DNA from: Pseudomonas aeruginosa
GTDB lineage: Bacteria > Pseudomonadota > Gammaproteobacteria > Pseudomonadales > Pseudomonadaceae
Direction of reading: 5' to 3'
DNA length: 32,000 nucleotides
Assembly: GCF_001457615.1 (NCBI RefSeq)
Contig: NZ_LN831024.1
Location: 2,190,001-2,222,000, forward strand
In this document: one piece after another, positions 8,894 to 18,245 of the stretch
Numbering within the stretch: position 1 is the stretch's first letter
How the letters are laid out: every line of letters starts with the position of its first letter
Notes under the pieces: model-generated
What the model saw: only the letters and a program-made list of their open reading frames with translations
What the model was told of the DNA's origin: nothing
The model's database searches: none
Made by a program: the position numbers and the translations under genes

Positions 8894-8922
8894 AAAAAAG
8901 GCCCGGTGGATGAGCCGGGCCT
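8894..8922 (-). terminator. Rho-independent terminator of the aminopeptidase gene
   Basis: AGGCCCGG-(8 nt)-CCGGGCCT dyad; on the minus strand followed by TTTTTT. Confidence 0.85.
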
Positions 8923-8966
8923 GGATGGGGAACCTGCGCCGGCGGCCCGGCGCAGGGTAGTCGCGG

Positions 8967-10577
8967 TTACTTGATGAAGTCGTGACCCCAGCGTTCGATC
9001 TGGCTGGCGCTCTTCTGCATCTGCAGCGACCGCGATTGTACTTTCTGGCCGGCGGCGGCGATCTCGTCGTCGACCACCTTGGTCGACAGCGACAGCCAAC
9101 TGGTCACGAAGGCCATGGCGTCGCTGTGGATCTCCAGGGCGTCCTGGTTGATGTTGGCGATGCCGTCGCACTTGCTGTGGTAGCACTCGTCGTAGGCCTT
9201 GCCGGCGGTGCCGCCGTACTTCTGCGCCTGCTCTTCGGTCTTCAGGCCCTCGGCGCCGGTGAACAGGCCGCCGAAGGCGATGCCGCTGTTGAAGAACTCG
9301 GCGTAGTCGGAGCGGAAGTCGATCTCGGTGCCTTCCGATTGCTGGCCGCGCAGGCGGAAGTAGGCTTCGAACAGGCGCTCGATGGCGGCCGAGCCGGGCG
9401 GACCCTGGAGGCCGAAGTCGGAACCGTCGCCGTCATAGATGAAGTTGCCGAAGTTCGGCGAGCCGATCATGTCGAAGTTCAGGTAGGCCTTGATCTTCTT
9501 TTTCTCTTCCGGGGCGAGGTTCTGTACGTAGTGGGTCGAGCCCACCAGGCCGGCTTCCTCGGCGCCCCACCAGGCGAAGCGCACCTTGTTGACCGGCAGC
9601 GCCTTGGCCAGCAGCACGGCCATCTCCAGTTGGGCGGCGCTGCCCGAACCGTTGTCGTTGATACCGGGGCCTTCGAACACCGAGTCGAGGTGCGCGCCGA
9701 CCATCACCACGTTGTTCGGGTTGCCGCGACGGGTCTCGGCGACCACGTTGTAGGTCTCGGTCTTCTTGCGTACCACGTCGACCACCAGGTGCAACTGCAG
9801 GTCCGGGGTCTGCGACCAGGCCACGCCGTTGTCGTAGGTGGCGAAGATCACCGGGATGCCGCCCTCGTAGGACTCGCCCACGGTGACGTTCTCCAGGCCC
9901 TTGCGGTCGTCGGTGTTGCCCTGGTTGAAGATGATCACCCCGGCGGCGCCGGCGGCCGCGGCGTTCTCGGCCTTCTGCTCGAAGTTGCAGGTGCCGCGCT
10001 GGATCAGCGCGATCGAGCCGGCCGGGAAGTTGGCGAAGTCTTCCGCCTCGCAACCGCTGGTGGAGGTGTTGCCGGCGCCGAGGGACAGGTCCACCGGGAC
10101 CACCTTGGCGGTGACGTCGCCTGCCTCGGTCTGCGACAGGTAGGTGAAATCCTTCTCCCATTCGTAGGTGACCGGCTGCGGCACGGTGGCGCTCAGGCTA
10201 CCCGGGCCTTTCGGGTAGTAGGCGGTGAACGGGAAGGGCTGCACGCTGACCTTGTAGCCGGCTTTCTGCAGGGTCTGCTTCACGTAGTCGACGGAGGCCT
10301 GGTAGCCCGGCGTGGCGGCGGCGCGGTTGCCGTCGTTGAGACTGGCGATGTCCTCCAGCTTCTGCAGGCGCTTGACCACGTTGCTGGCTTGCAGGCAGCG
10401 CGGCAGGCCAAGCGGGGTGCTGACCAGCAACGGCGATTTGCAGATCGACGGGTTGGGTTTGCCGGGCGTCCAGAACTCGGTGAACTGTTGCGCTTCCGAA
10501 GGTGCCGCCAGGGATGCGGCGGAAACCGAGAGGGCGAGGGCGCCGAGTGCGTATCTGAGATTGTTCTTGTTGCTCAT
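8967..10577 (-). CDS. pepB: Secreted M28 leucine aminopeptidase PaAP (536 aa)
   Basis: Signal peptide MSNKNNLRYALGALALSVSAASLA; PA domain; M28 metal ligands in VVMVGAHLDSVFEGPGINDNGSG, WWGAEEAGLVGS, NFDMIGSPN. Confidence 0.96.
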   Translation of the reverse strand: MSNKNNLRYALGALALSVSAASLAAPSEAQQFTEFWTPGKPNPSICKSPLLVSTPLGLPRCLQASNVVKRLQKLEDIASLNDGNRAAATPGYQASVDYVKQTLQKAGYKVSVQPFPFTAYYPKGPGSLSATVPQPVTYEWEKDFTYLSQTEAGDVTAKVVPVDLSLGAGNTSTSGCEAEDFANFPAGSIALIQRGTCNFEQKAENAAAAGAAGVIIFNQGNTDDRKGLENVTVGESYEGGIPVIFATYDNGVAWSQTPDLQLHLVVDVVRKKTETYNVVAETRRGNPNNVVMVGAHLDSVFEGPGINDNGSGSAAQLEMAVLLAKALPVNKVRFAWWGAEEAGLVGSTHYVQNLAPEEKKKIKAYLNFDMIGSPNFGNFIYDGDGSDFGLQGPPGSAAIERLFEAYFRLRGQQSEGTEIDFRSDYAEFFNSGIAFGGLFTGAEGLKTEEQAQKYGGTAGKAYDECYHSKCDGIANINQDALEIHSDAMAFVTSWLSLSTKVVDDEIAAAGQKVQSRSLQMQKSASQIERWGHDFIK

Positions 10578-10660
10578 GAGACTCCGTTCCTTGTGAGGCG
10601 ATGATCGATAAGCCGTTGATGGCATGGCGCTATTGCCCGAAATGCCGCCTCGGGCACGGC

Positions 10661-10676
10661 CTGACTGCCAGACTAG
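10661..10676 (-). promoter_or_regulatory. Candidate quorum-sensing (las/rhl-type) box upstream of the aminopeptidase
   Basis: CT-N12-AG pattern CTAGTCTGGCAGTCAG on the minus strand, about 84 bp upstream of ATG 10577. Confidence 0.25.
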
Positions 10677-10926
10677 GAGCGCTTTCCGGGCTGTCCTGGC
10701 GTAATTCCTGAAATGTGAATTTCATCAACTTTTTGTGGAAGAATTGCTGATAGCTCGCTGGCGGGATGGAGGGCGGCTTTCTATCGTTAATGCCCTTCGG
10801 CGCGGGCCCATGGCCGTTGGTCGGGGCTGGGAGGATGGTGCAGCAGGAAGGAAACCGTCTGGCGCGCGGATAAGCGCGCGAGCGGAAGTGGCTGGCACCA
10901 GCGCTGTCACAGATTTGTCGGAAATT

Positions 10927-10980
10927 TTGTATACATTTGTCTGGATATTTTCGGATCGAATTGTCTACAGTGTGCGCACA
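10927..10980. promoter_or_regulatory. Repeated TTGTMTACA elements plus TGTGCGCACA palindrome upstream of the permease
   Basis: TTGTATACA (10927-10935), TTGTCTACA (10961-10969), perfect palindrome TGTGCGCACA (10971-10980). Confidence 0.4.
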
Positions 10981-11005
10981 ACAATAAAAGCGAGAACAGC
11001 GCACC

Positions 11006-12535
11006 ATGAAAACGACGTCCTCCGGAACCCCACCCGTTCCACGGCCTGAAGACGAGAACCTCGGTGTCGGCGCCAACATGGCCTACGGCCTGCAACATGT
11101 GCTGACCATGTATGGCGGTATCGTCGCGGTCCCCCTGATCCTCGGCCAGGCCGCCGGCCTCGCGCCCGGCGACATCGGCCTGCTGATTGCCGCTTCGCTG
11201 TTCGCCGGCGGCCTGGCGACCCTGTTGCAAACCCTCGGCGTGCCGTTCTTCGGCTGTCAGTTGCCGTTGGTCCAGGGGGTGTCCTTCGCTGGCGTGGCGA
11301 CCATGGTGGCGATCATCGGCAGCGGTGGCAGCGGCGGCATTCCCGCAGTGCTCGGCGCGGTGATGGCGGCCTCTCTGATCGGGTTGCTGATCACGCCGAT
11401 CTTCTCGCGCATCACCAAATTCTTCCCGCCGCTGGTGACCGGCATCGTCATCACCACCATCGGCCTGACCCTGATGCCGGTCGCCGCGCGCTGGGCGATG
11501 GGCGGCAACAGCCACGCGCCGGACTTCGGCAGCATGGCCAACATCGGCCTGGCGGCGATCACCCTGGTCATCGTGCTGCTGCTGAGCAAGCTCGGCAGCG
11601 CCTCGATCTCGCGCCTGTCGATCCTCCTGGCGATGGTCATCGGCACCGTCATCGCGGTGTTCCTCGGCATGGCCGACTTCTCCAAGGTCACCGAAGGCCC
11701 GCTGGTGGCGTTTCCCACGCCGTTCCACTTCGGCATGCCGACCTTCCAGGTCGCCGCGATCATCTCGATGTGCATCGTGATCATGGTGACCCTGGTGGAA
11801 ACCTCGGCGGACATCCTCGCGGTAGGCGAGATCATCGACACCAAGGTCGACTCGCGGCGCCTGGGCAACGGCCTGCGCGCGGACATGTTCTCCAGCATGC
11901 TGGCGCCGATCTTCGGCTCCTTCACCCAGAGCGCCTTCGCCCAGAACGTCGGCCTGGTGGCGGTGACCGGGATCAAGAGCCGCTACGTGGTCGCCACCGG
12001 TGGGTTGTTCCTGGTGATCCTCGGCCTGCTGCCGGTGATGGGCCGGGTGATCGCCGCGGTGCCCACCGCCGTGCTCGGCGGCGCCGGCATCGTGTTGTTC
12101 GGCACGGTCGCCGCCAGCGGCATCCGCACCCTGTCGAAGGTGGACTACCGCAACAACATGAACCTGATCATCGTCGCCACTTCGATCGGCTTCGGTATGA
12201 TCCCGATCGCCGCGCCGACCTTCTACGATCACTTCCCCAGTTGGTTCGCCACCATCTTCCATTCCGGCATCAGTTCCTCGGCGATCATGGCGATCCTGCT
12301 CAACCTGGCGTTCAACCACTTCACCGCCGGCAACTCCGACCAGCAGTCGGTGTTCGTCGCCGCCAGCGAGCGGACCCTGCGCTACCAGGACATCGCCGCC
12401 CTGCACGAAGGCGACTATTTCCTCGACGGCAAGCTGTACGACGCCCAGGGCAACGAAGTGCCGCTGGCCGGCGACGACAGCCATGGCGCGCCGCCGCGAC
12501 GGCGCAGCGAAACCGCTGAAGCCGGCAGCGCCTGA
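11006..12535 (+). CDS. NCS2-family xanthine/uracil permease
   Basis: NMAYGLQHVLTMYGGIVAVPLILGQAAGL, LPLVQGVSFAGVATMVAI, FGTVAASGIRTLSKVDYRNNMNLIIVATSIGFGMIPIAAPTFY. Confidence 0.95.
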   Translation: MKTTSSGTPPVPRPEDENLGVGANMAYGLQHVLTMYGGIVAVPLILGQAAGLAPGDIGLLIAASLFAGGLATLLQTLGVPFFGCQLPLVQGVSFAGVATMVAIIGSGGSGGIPAVLGAVMAASLIGLLITPIFSRITKFFPPLVTGIVITTIGLTLMPVAARWAMGGNSHAPDFGSMANIGLAAITLVIVLLLSKLGSASISRLSILLAMVIGTVIAVFLGMADFSKVTEGPLVAFPTPFHFGMPTFQVAAIISMCIVIMVTLVETSADILAVGEIIDTKVDSRRLGNGLRADMFSSMLAPIFGSFTQSAFAQNVGLVAVTGIKSRYVVATGGLFLVILGLLPVMGRVIAAVPTAVLGGAGIVLFGTVAASGIRTLSKVDYRNNMNLIIVATSIGFGMIPIAAPTFYDHFPSWFATIFHSGISSSAIMAILLNLAFNHFTAGNSDQQSVFVAASERTLRYQDIAALHEGDYFLDGKLYDAQGNEVPLAGDDSHGAPPRRRSETAEAGSA

Positions 12536-12553
12536 GCCGCGCCGCGATGAACG

Positions 12554-12580
12554 ACGGCCCTCCTTGCGAGGGCCGTTTTC
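12554..12580 (+). terminator. Rho-independent terminator of the permease gene
   Basis: ACGGCCCTC-(5 nt)-GAGGGCCGT followed by TTTCGTT. Confidence 0.8.
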
Positions 12581-12590
12581 GTTGTGCGCT

Positions 12591-12839
12591 TCAGAACAGC
12601 GCCTTGCCGCGGTCCAGGCGCTGGTCCACCAGCCATTTGCCGTGGGCGATGGAGGCGCGCTGGGCGTTTTCCAGGTCGGCGAGGAAGGCGAAGCGCACGG
12701 GCAGGGCGATGCGCTTGCTGGTGTGGCCTTCGGGATCGGTGATGTGGCAGCCGCCGGCCCAGGGCGTGGGAATGCCCGGATGCTCGACGACGTCGGCGGT
12801 GATGGTGTAGCTGCGGTGCTGGCAGTGCAGGCTGGCCAT
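12591..12839 (-). CDS. Conserved small hypothetical protein (82 aa)
   Basis: ORF start MASLHCQHRSYTITADVVEHPG at 12839 with RBS-like purine-rich sequence upstream (agaggagc). Confidence 0.7.
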   Translation of the reverse strand: MASLHCQHRSYTITADVVEHPGIPTPWAGGCHITDPEGHTSKRIALPVRFAFLADLENAQRASIAHGKWLVDQRLDRGKALF

Positions 12840-12994
12840 GGCATGCTCCTCTCTGTCGGAGGCCGACCCGGCTACCTGCGCGACGCCTGTGGTTGCCACG
12901 GAGGAGCCTCGGGGCGGCGAGGTTTTCCCTGCGTGTCCCTACCTCTATAGCAGATCGTCGCCGAGCCGCCGCGAGAGCCGACGAAGGGCCCCGC

Positions 12995-13576
12995 TCAGCG
13001 GCGCTGGCGACGGCCGAGCATGCGCTCCAGGGTGCCGTCGCGGCGGACCCACTGGTGGTAGCCGGCGGCGAGCGCATGGAGCAGCACCACCGAGGTGCTC
13101 AGCCACAGGCCGACCACGCGGTGAACGGCGTCGAAGGGCTTCTCGAACGCCTCCCAGCTCAGGTTCCAGGTTTGCGAAATCCAGGCGAACAGCGCGGTGT
13201 CCTTGAAGCTGGGTACCACGAACAGGCCGAAGTCGGTGGGCAGGCGGGTGCCGACGTAGCCGGTGAGCGGCATCACCAGCATCAAGGCATACAGCGACAG
13301 GTGCGCGTAGTGCGCCAGGCGGTGCTCCAGCGGCGTGCCGGGGACCGCTGGCAGGCGCGGCCCGCGCAGCCGCGAGACGATCCGAGGGACCAGCAGCAGG
13401 CCGACCAGCAGGCCCAGCACCCAGTGCAGGTTGAGTACCGGCAGGCGCTGCGGGTGGTCGTGGCCGAGCACCCAGATGACGAAATAGGCCAGCACGATCG
13501 CGCCGATGAAACAGAACGCCATGCTCCAGTGCAGCAGGCGGGTGGACAGGCTGTAGACGGTCGCTGGATGCGTCAC
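12995..13576 (-). CDS. Cytochrome b561 family membrane protein
   Basis: RLLHWSMAFCFIGAIVLAYFVIW, NLHWVLGLLVGLLLVPRIVSRLR, AHYAHLSLYALMLVMPLTGY, VLLHALAAGYHQWVRRDGTLERML; conserved heme-ligand histidine pattern. Confidence 0.92.
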   Translation of the reverse strand: MTHPATVYSLSTRLLHWSMAFCFIGAIVLAYFVIWVLGHDHPQRLPVLNLHWVLGLLVGLLLVPRIVSRLRGPRLPAVPGTPLEHRLAHYAHLSLYALMLVMPLTGYVGTRLPTDFGLFVVPSFKDTALFAWISQTWNLSWEAFEKPFDAVHRVVGLWLSTSVVLLHALAAGYHQWVRRDGTLERMLGRRQRR

Positions 13577-14033
13577 GGGAATGCCTCGCAGAGAGTGAAG
13601 GCGTGCAATCTATGAAACGTCCGGAGAGCGATCAAACGTATTTATGGATAATCGATAACGGAAAACTTAATCGAAACTTTCAAATGTGACGTTATTGCAC
13701 CGAAACAGTGCTGCGAGTCGCTTTTTTCCGAAACGGAAGCTACTTGGCGGAATAATTCCGGGTCGGGATCATTGTAAGTTGGTTTTTCCTTCGCCCCGGC
13801 GCTCGCGCCACGCCGGCAGAGCCTGGGGCGGGGCGCGGCTGACCCCCAAGCATTATCGGGAAATATATTCCGTTGTCTTTCCGCTGACGTTTTGCCGACA
13901 GCAAGCTGACACAGATGTAATTGAACTCGATCGCTTCGTTTCTATAGTCTTCGAACACTTCGCCGTGCACTTTCAAGGACGGCAAGTGCATATCCTGCGT
14001 CTTTTCCGCCATGACGATTCTCGAGGTGAGAGC

Positions 14034-14165
14034 ATGAGTAGTGAGCACGATGGCAAGGACCAGGACGACCTGTTCTCCCCGTTGCCTTACCTGCTGGTTT
14101 CCGGCGCTGTCGTGCTCATGACCCTGCTGCTGCGCTGCCTGTTCTGCCCGGGCGAGCAGTTCTGA
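14034..14165 (+). CDS. Small predicted single-pass membrane protein (43 aa)
   Basis: MSSEHDGKDQDDLFSPLPYLLVSGAVVLMTLLLRCLFCPGEQF; ATG 14034, preceded by gaggtgagagc; one hydrophobic segment. Confidence 0.55.
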   Translation: MSSEHDGKDQDDLFSPLPYLLVSGAVVLMTLLLRCLFCPGEQF

Positions 14166-14184
14166 TCGCCCGGACCGGGACGAC

Positions 14185-15165
<981 letters not shown>

Positions 15166-16395
15166 TCAGTGAGGGATTTGGCCGCCGAGGGACGGCTCGG
15201 TGGCAGCTTGGCGTGGCGCCAGCATCAGCAGCAGGGCCACGGCCATCGCCGCCAGGCAGACCAGCGCGCCGACCTCGCCGAGCGGCGCCAGGCCGCTGCC
15301 GTCGATCACCCGGCTGCCGGCGAGGGCGCCGATGCCGATCCCGGCGTTGCAGGCGGAGATGTTCAGCGAGGCGGCGAACGCTGGGGCCCGCGGCGCGGAC
15401 TTCATCACCCGCACCTGGCCGACGATGAACAGTGCTGCCTGGGCCACGCCCCAGGTCGCCAGGGTGGCGGCGAGCAGCCAGGCGTTGCCGAGGGTCGGCA
15501 CCAGGGCGAGCATGCCCAGCGCCATCAGCAGGACGAACAGCAGGGTTGCGCCCAGTGGGCTGCGATCCACCAGGCGCCCGCCGAGCCAGTTGCCGAGCAG
15601 GCCTACCGCGCCGAAGCCCATCAGCGTCCAGCCGACCAGCGAACCGCTGAAGCCGGCCAGGCGCTGGAGGATGTCGGCCAGGTAGGTGTAGGGGGTGAAC
15701 ATGCCGGTGAAGACCAGCAGCGACAGCAACAGGTGGCCGAGCACCAGCGGTTGGCGCAACACGCTCGCCTGGCTGCGCAGCGAGACGCCCGGCCGTCCGG
15801 GAATGCGCGGCAGCCAGGCGGCCAGCAGCAGCGCCTTGGCCAGGGCCAGCGCGGCGAGTGCGGCGAATGCCAGGCGCCAACCCCAGGCGTCGGCGATCAG
15901 CGTGCCGATGGGAATGCCAAGCACGGTGGCGGCGACGATGCCGAAGAACACCAGCGCCACGGCGCGCCCTTCGCGCGAGGGGCCGGCCAGGTGCGCGGCG
16001 GTTTCGCTGGCCATGGCCCAGAACACCGGGAGCGCCAGGGCCGGGACGAAGCGCGCCACGGCCATCGTCCAGATATCGCCGGCCACGGCGGCCAGCGCAT
16101 TGGCCGCGGCGAACAGCAGCAGGCAGGCGACGAACAGCCGCTTGCGTTCGACGCCCGCCAGCGCGGCGGTGAGGAACGGACCGAAGGCGGCGACGCTGAA
16201 GGCGAACAGGCTGACCAGCAGGCCGGCCTGGGCGACGCTGACCTGGAGGTCTGCGGCAAGCGCCGGGAGCAGGCCGACGATGACGAACTCGGTGGTCAGG
16301 ATGGTGAAGCCGGCGGCGGCCAGCAGGAGGATCGGCAATAGCACGGCAAGACTCCTCCGCGAGCGCAGCCGTGGCCGCGCCCGGGAACGATGCAT
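15166..16395 (-). CDS. MFS transporter (DHA1-like)
   Basis: FTILTTEFVIVGLLPALAADLQVSVAQAGLLVSLFAFSVAAFGPFLTAALAGVERKRL; 12-TM hydrophobic pattern. Start (MHRSRARP) uncertain because the RBS is poor. Confidence 0.92.
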   Translation of the reverse strand: MHRSRARPRLRSRRSLAVLLPILLLAAAGFTILTTEFVIVGLLPALAADLQVSVAQAGLLVSLFAFSVAAFGPFLTAALAGVERKRLFVACLLLFAAANALAAVAGDIWTMAVARFVPALALPVFWAMASETAAHLAGPSREGRAVALVFFGIVAATVLGIPIGTLIADAWGWRLAFAALAALALAKALLLAAWLPRIPGRPGVSLRSQASVLRQPLVLGHLLLSLLVFTGMFTPYTYLADILQRLAGFSGSLVGWTLMGFGAVGLLGNWLGGRLVDRSPLGATLLFVLLMALGMLALVPTLGNAWLLAATLATWGVAQAALFIVGQVRVMKSAPRAPAFAASLNISACNAGIGIGALAGSRVIDGSGLAPLGEVGALVCLAAMAVALLLMLAPRQAATEPSLGGQIPH

Positions 16396-16409
16396 GGGAG
16401 GGAAGGGAA

Positions 16410-17519
16410 TCAGGCCGTAGCGGACTGGCCGAGGGTCGGGTAATCGGTGTAGCCGGCAGCGTCGCCACCGTAGAACCGCGCCTGGTTGGCCTCGGCCAGC
16501 GGCGCGCCGAGACGGATCCGCTCGACCAGGTCGGGGTTGGCGATGAACGGCCGGCCGATCGCCACCGCGTCGGCCAGTCCGGCCTGGAGTATCGCTTCGG
16601 CGCGCTCGGCGTCGTAGTTGCCGCAGACGATCAGCGGCGCGCGGAAGCGTTCGCGCAGGCGCTCGCGGAAGCCTTGCGGGTAGGCCGGGCCGCCGCTCCA
16701 TTCCCACTCGGCCAGGTGCAGGTAGGCGATGCCGCGTCGCTGCAGGGCTTCGGCAAGGTAAAGGGTCATCGCTTCCGGCTCGTCGTCGTGCATGTCGTTG
16801 ATCGTGCCCCAGGGCGACAGGCGCAGGCCGACGCGCTCGGCACCGACCGCGGCGACCAGCGCGTCGACGATCTCCAGCAGGAACCGCGCGCGGTTCTCCA
16901 GGCTACCGCCATAGGCATCGCTGCGTCGGTTGCTGGCGCTGGCGAGGAACTGGTCGATCAGGTAGCCATTGGCGCCATGCAGTTCGACCAGGTCGAAGCC
17001 GGCGTCGAGCGCGTTGCGTGCGGCGCGGACGAATTCGTCGCGGACCCGGCGGATGTCTTCCAGGGTCATTTCCCGCGGCGCGTCGGCGGGCGCCATGGAC
17101 CCGCCGCCCTGGCCATCGGCGATGAACACCTGGGCCTTGGCCTGGATCGGCGAGGGCGCGATCGGCGCCTCGCCGCCGGCCTGCAGCGAGCGATGCGACA
17201 TGCGCCCGACATGCCAGAGCTGCGCGGCGATCAGTCCGCCGGCGGCGTGCACCGCCTCGGTGACCTGGCGCCAGCCGGCCAGTTGCGCCTCGCTGTAGAT
17301 ACCGGGGGTGTAGGCGTAGCCCTGGCCGAGGCGGGAAATCTGCGTGCCCTCGCTGACGATCAGCCCGGCGCCGGCGCGCTGCGCATAGTAGAGAGCGTTC
17401 AGGGCGGTCGGCACGTCGCCCGGCTGTTGCGCCCGGGAGCGGGTCATCGGCGCCATGACGATGCGGTTGCGCAAGGCCAGGTTGCCTACGGCGAGCGGGG
17501 AGAGGAGCAGGTTGGACAT
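16410..17519 (-). CDS. morB: Old yellow enzyme family ene-reductase (morphinone reductase-like)
   Basis: NRIVMAPMTRSRA, HAAGGLIAAQLWHVGRMSH, DLVELHGANGYLIDQFLASASNRRSDAYGGSLENRARF, IGRPFIANPDLVERI. Confidence 0.94.
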   Translation of the reverse strand: MSNLLLSPLAVGNLALRNRIVMAPMTRSRAQQPGDVPTALNALYYAQRAGAGLIVSEGTQISRLGQGYAYTPGIYSEAQLAGWRQVTEAVHAAGGLIAAQLWHVGRMSHRSLQAGGEAPIAPSPIQAKAQVFIADGQGGGSMAPADAPREMTLEDIRRVRDEFVRAARNALDAGFDLVELHGANGYLIDQFLASASNRRSDAYGGSLENRARFLLEIVDALVAAVGAERVGLRLSPWGTINDMHDDEPEAMTLYLAEALQRRGIAYLHLAEWEWSGGPAYPQGFRERLRERFRAPLIVCGNYDAERAEAILQAGLADAVAIGRPFIANPDLVERIRLGAPLAEANQARFYGGDAAGYTDYPTLGQSATA

Positions 17520-17562
17520 GGTCTTTTCCTTTCGAAGGCGGCAGGGAGATGGCTTGAACATC

Positions 17563-17628
17563 TGTATCGGTCGCTAAATAATATGGCGATGGCAACGCTC
17601 GTCAAGTAAATTTATAGTGATCGATACA
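17563..17628. promoter_or_regulatory. Divergent cifR/morB operator region with inverted repeats
   Basis: TGTATCGGTCGCTAAAT (17563-17579) and its imperfect inverted copy ATTTATAGTGATCGATACA (17610-17628), between divergent cifR and morB. Confidence 0.65.
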
Positions 17629-17644
17629 AATAATGGAGGTCAGG

Positions 17645-18235
17645 ATGGCAACGCGAGGCAGGCCACGGGCATTCGACAGGGACACCGCCCTGCAGCGAGC
17701 CATGGACGTGTTCTGGGTGCGTGGCTACGAAGGCGCTTCGCTGGCGGCCCTGACCGAGGCGATGGAAATCAGGCCGCCCAGCCTGTACGCCGCCTTCGGT
17801 AGCAAGGAAGGGCTGTTCCGCGAAGCCCTGGCCCACTATCTCGGCCAGCACGGCCGCTATCGCCGGGATGTCCTCGATGGCGCGCCGAGCGCCCGCGAGG
17901 GCGTGGCCGAGCTGCTCCGCGAGACCGTCGCGCGCTTCTGTTCCGACGAGTTCCCGCGCGGTTGCCTGGTGGTGCTCGCGGCGCTGACCGGAACCCCGGA
18001 AAGCGAGGCGGTGCGGGACGCGTTGAGCGCCGAGCGCGGCGAGTCGATCCGCCTGTTCCGTGAGCGCATGCGGCGCGGCATCGCTGACGGCGACCTGGCG
18101 GCGGACACCGACGTGGAGGAGTTGGCGACCTTCTATGCCACCGTGCTGTTCGGCCTCAGCGTGCAGGCCAAGGACCGGGTGCCTTGCGAGCGCCTGCTGG
18201 CGGTGGTCGAACGGGCGCTGCGCGCCTGGCCCTGA
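17645..18235 (+). CDS. cifR: TetR-family repressor CifR
   Basis: ATRGRPRAFDRDTALQRAMDVFWVRGYEGASLAALTEAMEIRPPSLYAAFGSKEGLF TetR HTH; divergent from morB-MFS-cif. Confidence 0.93.
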   Translation: MATRGRPRAFDRDTALQRAMDVFWVRGYEGASLAALTEAMEIRPPSLYAAFGSKEGLFREALAHYLGQHGRYRRDVLDGAPSAREGVAELLRETVARFCSDEFPRGCLVVLAALTGTPESEAVRDALSAERGESIRLFRERMRRGIADGDLAADTDVEELATFYATVLFGLSVQAKDRVPCERLLAVVERALRAWP

Positions 18236-18245
18236 GCGGGCCGCA

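Noticed and set aside
10907-12844. 645-aa minus-strand ORF antisense to the permease
   Set aside because: His/Arg/Gln/Asp-rich nonsense-like translation opposite a conserved transporter.
13740-14048. 102-aa minus-strand ORF (MLTTHALTSRIVMAEKTQ...)
   Set aside because: No recognisable domain or good RBS, lies in an AT-rich spacer and overlaps the start of the small membrane ORF; kept only as part of an unexplained region.
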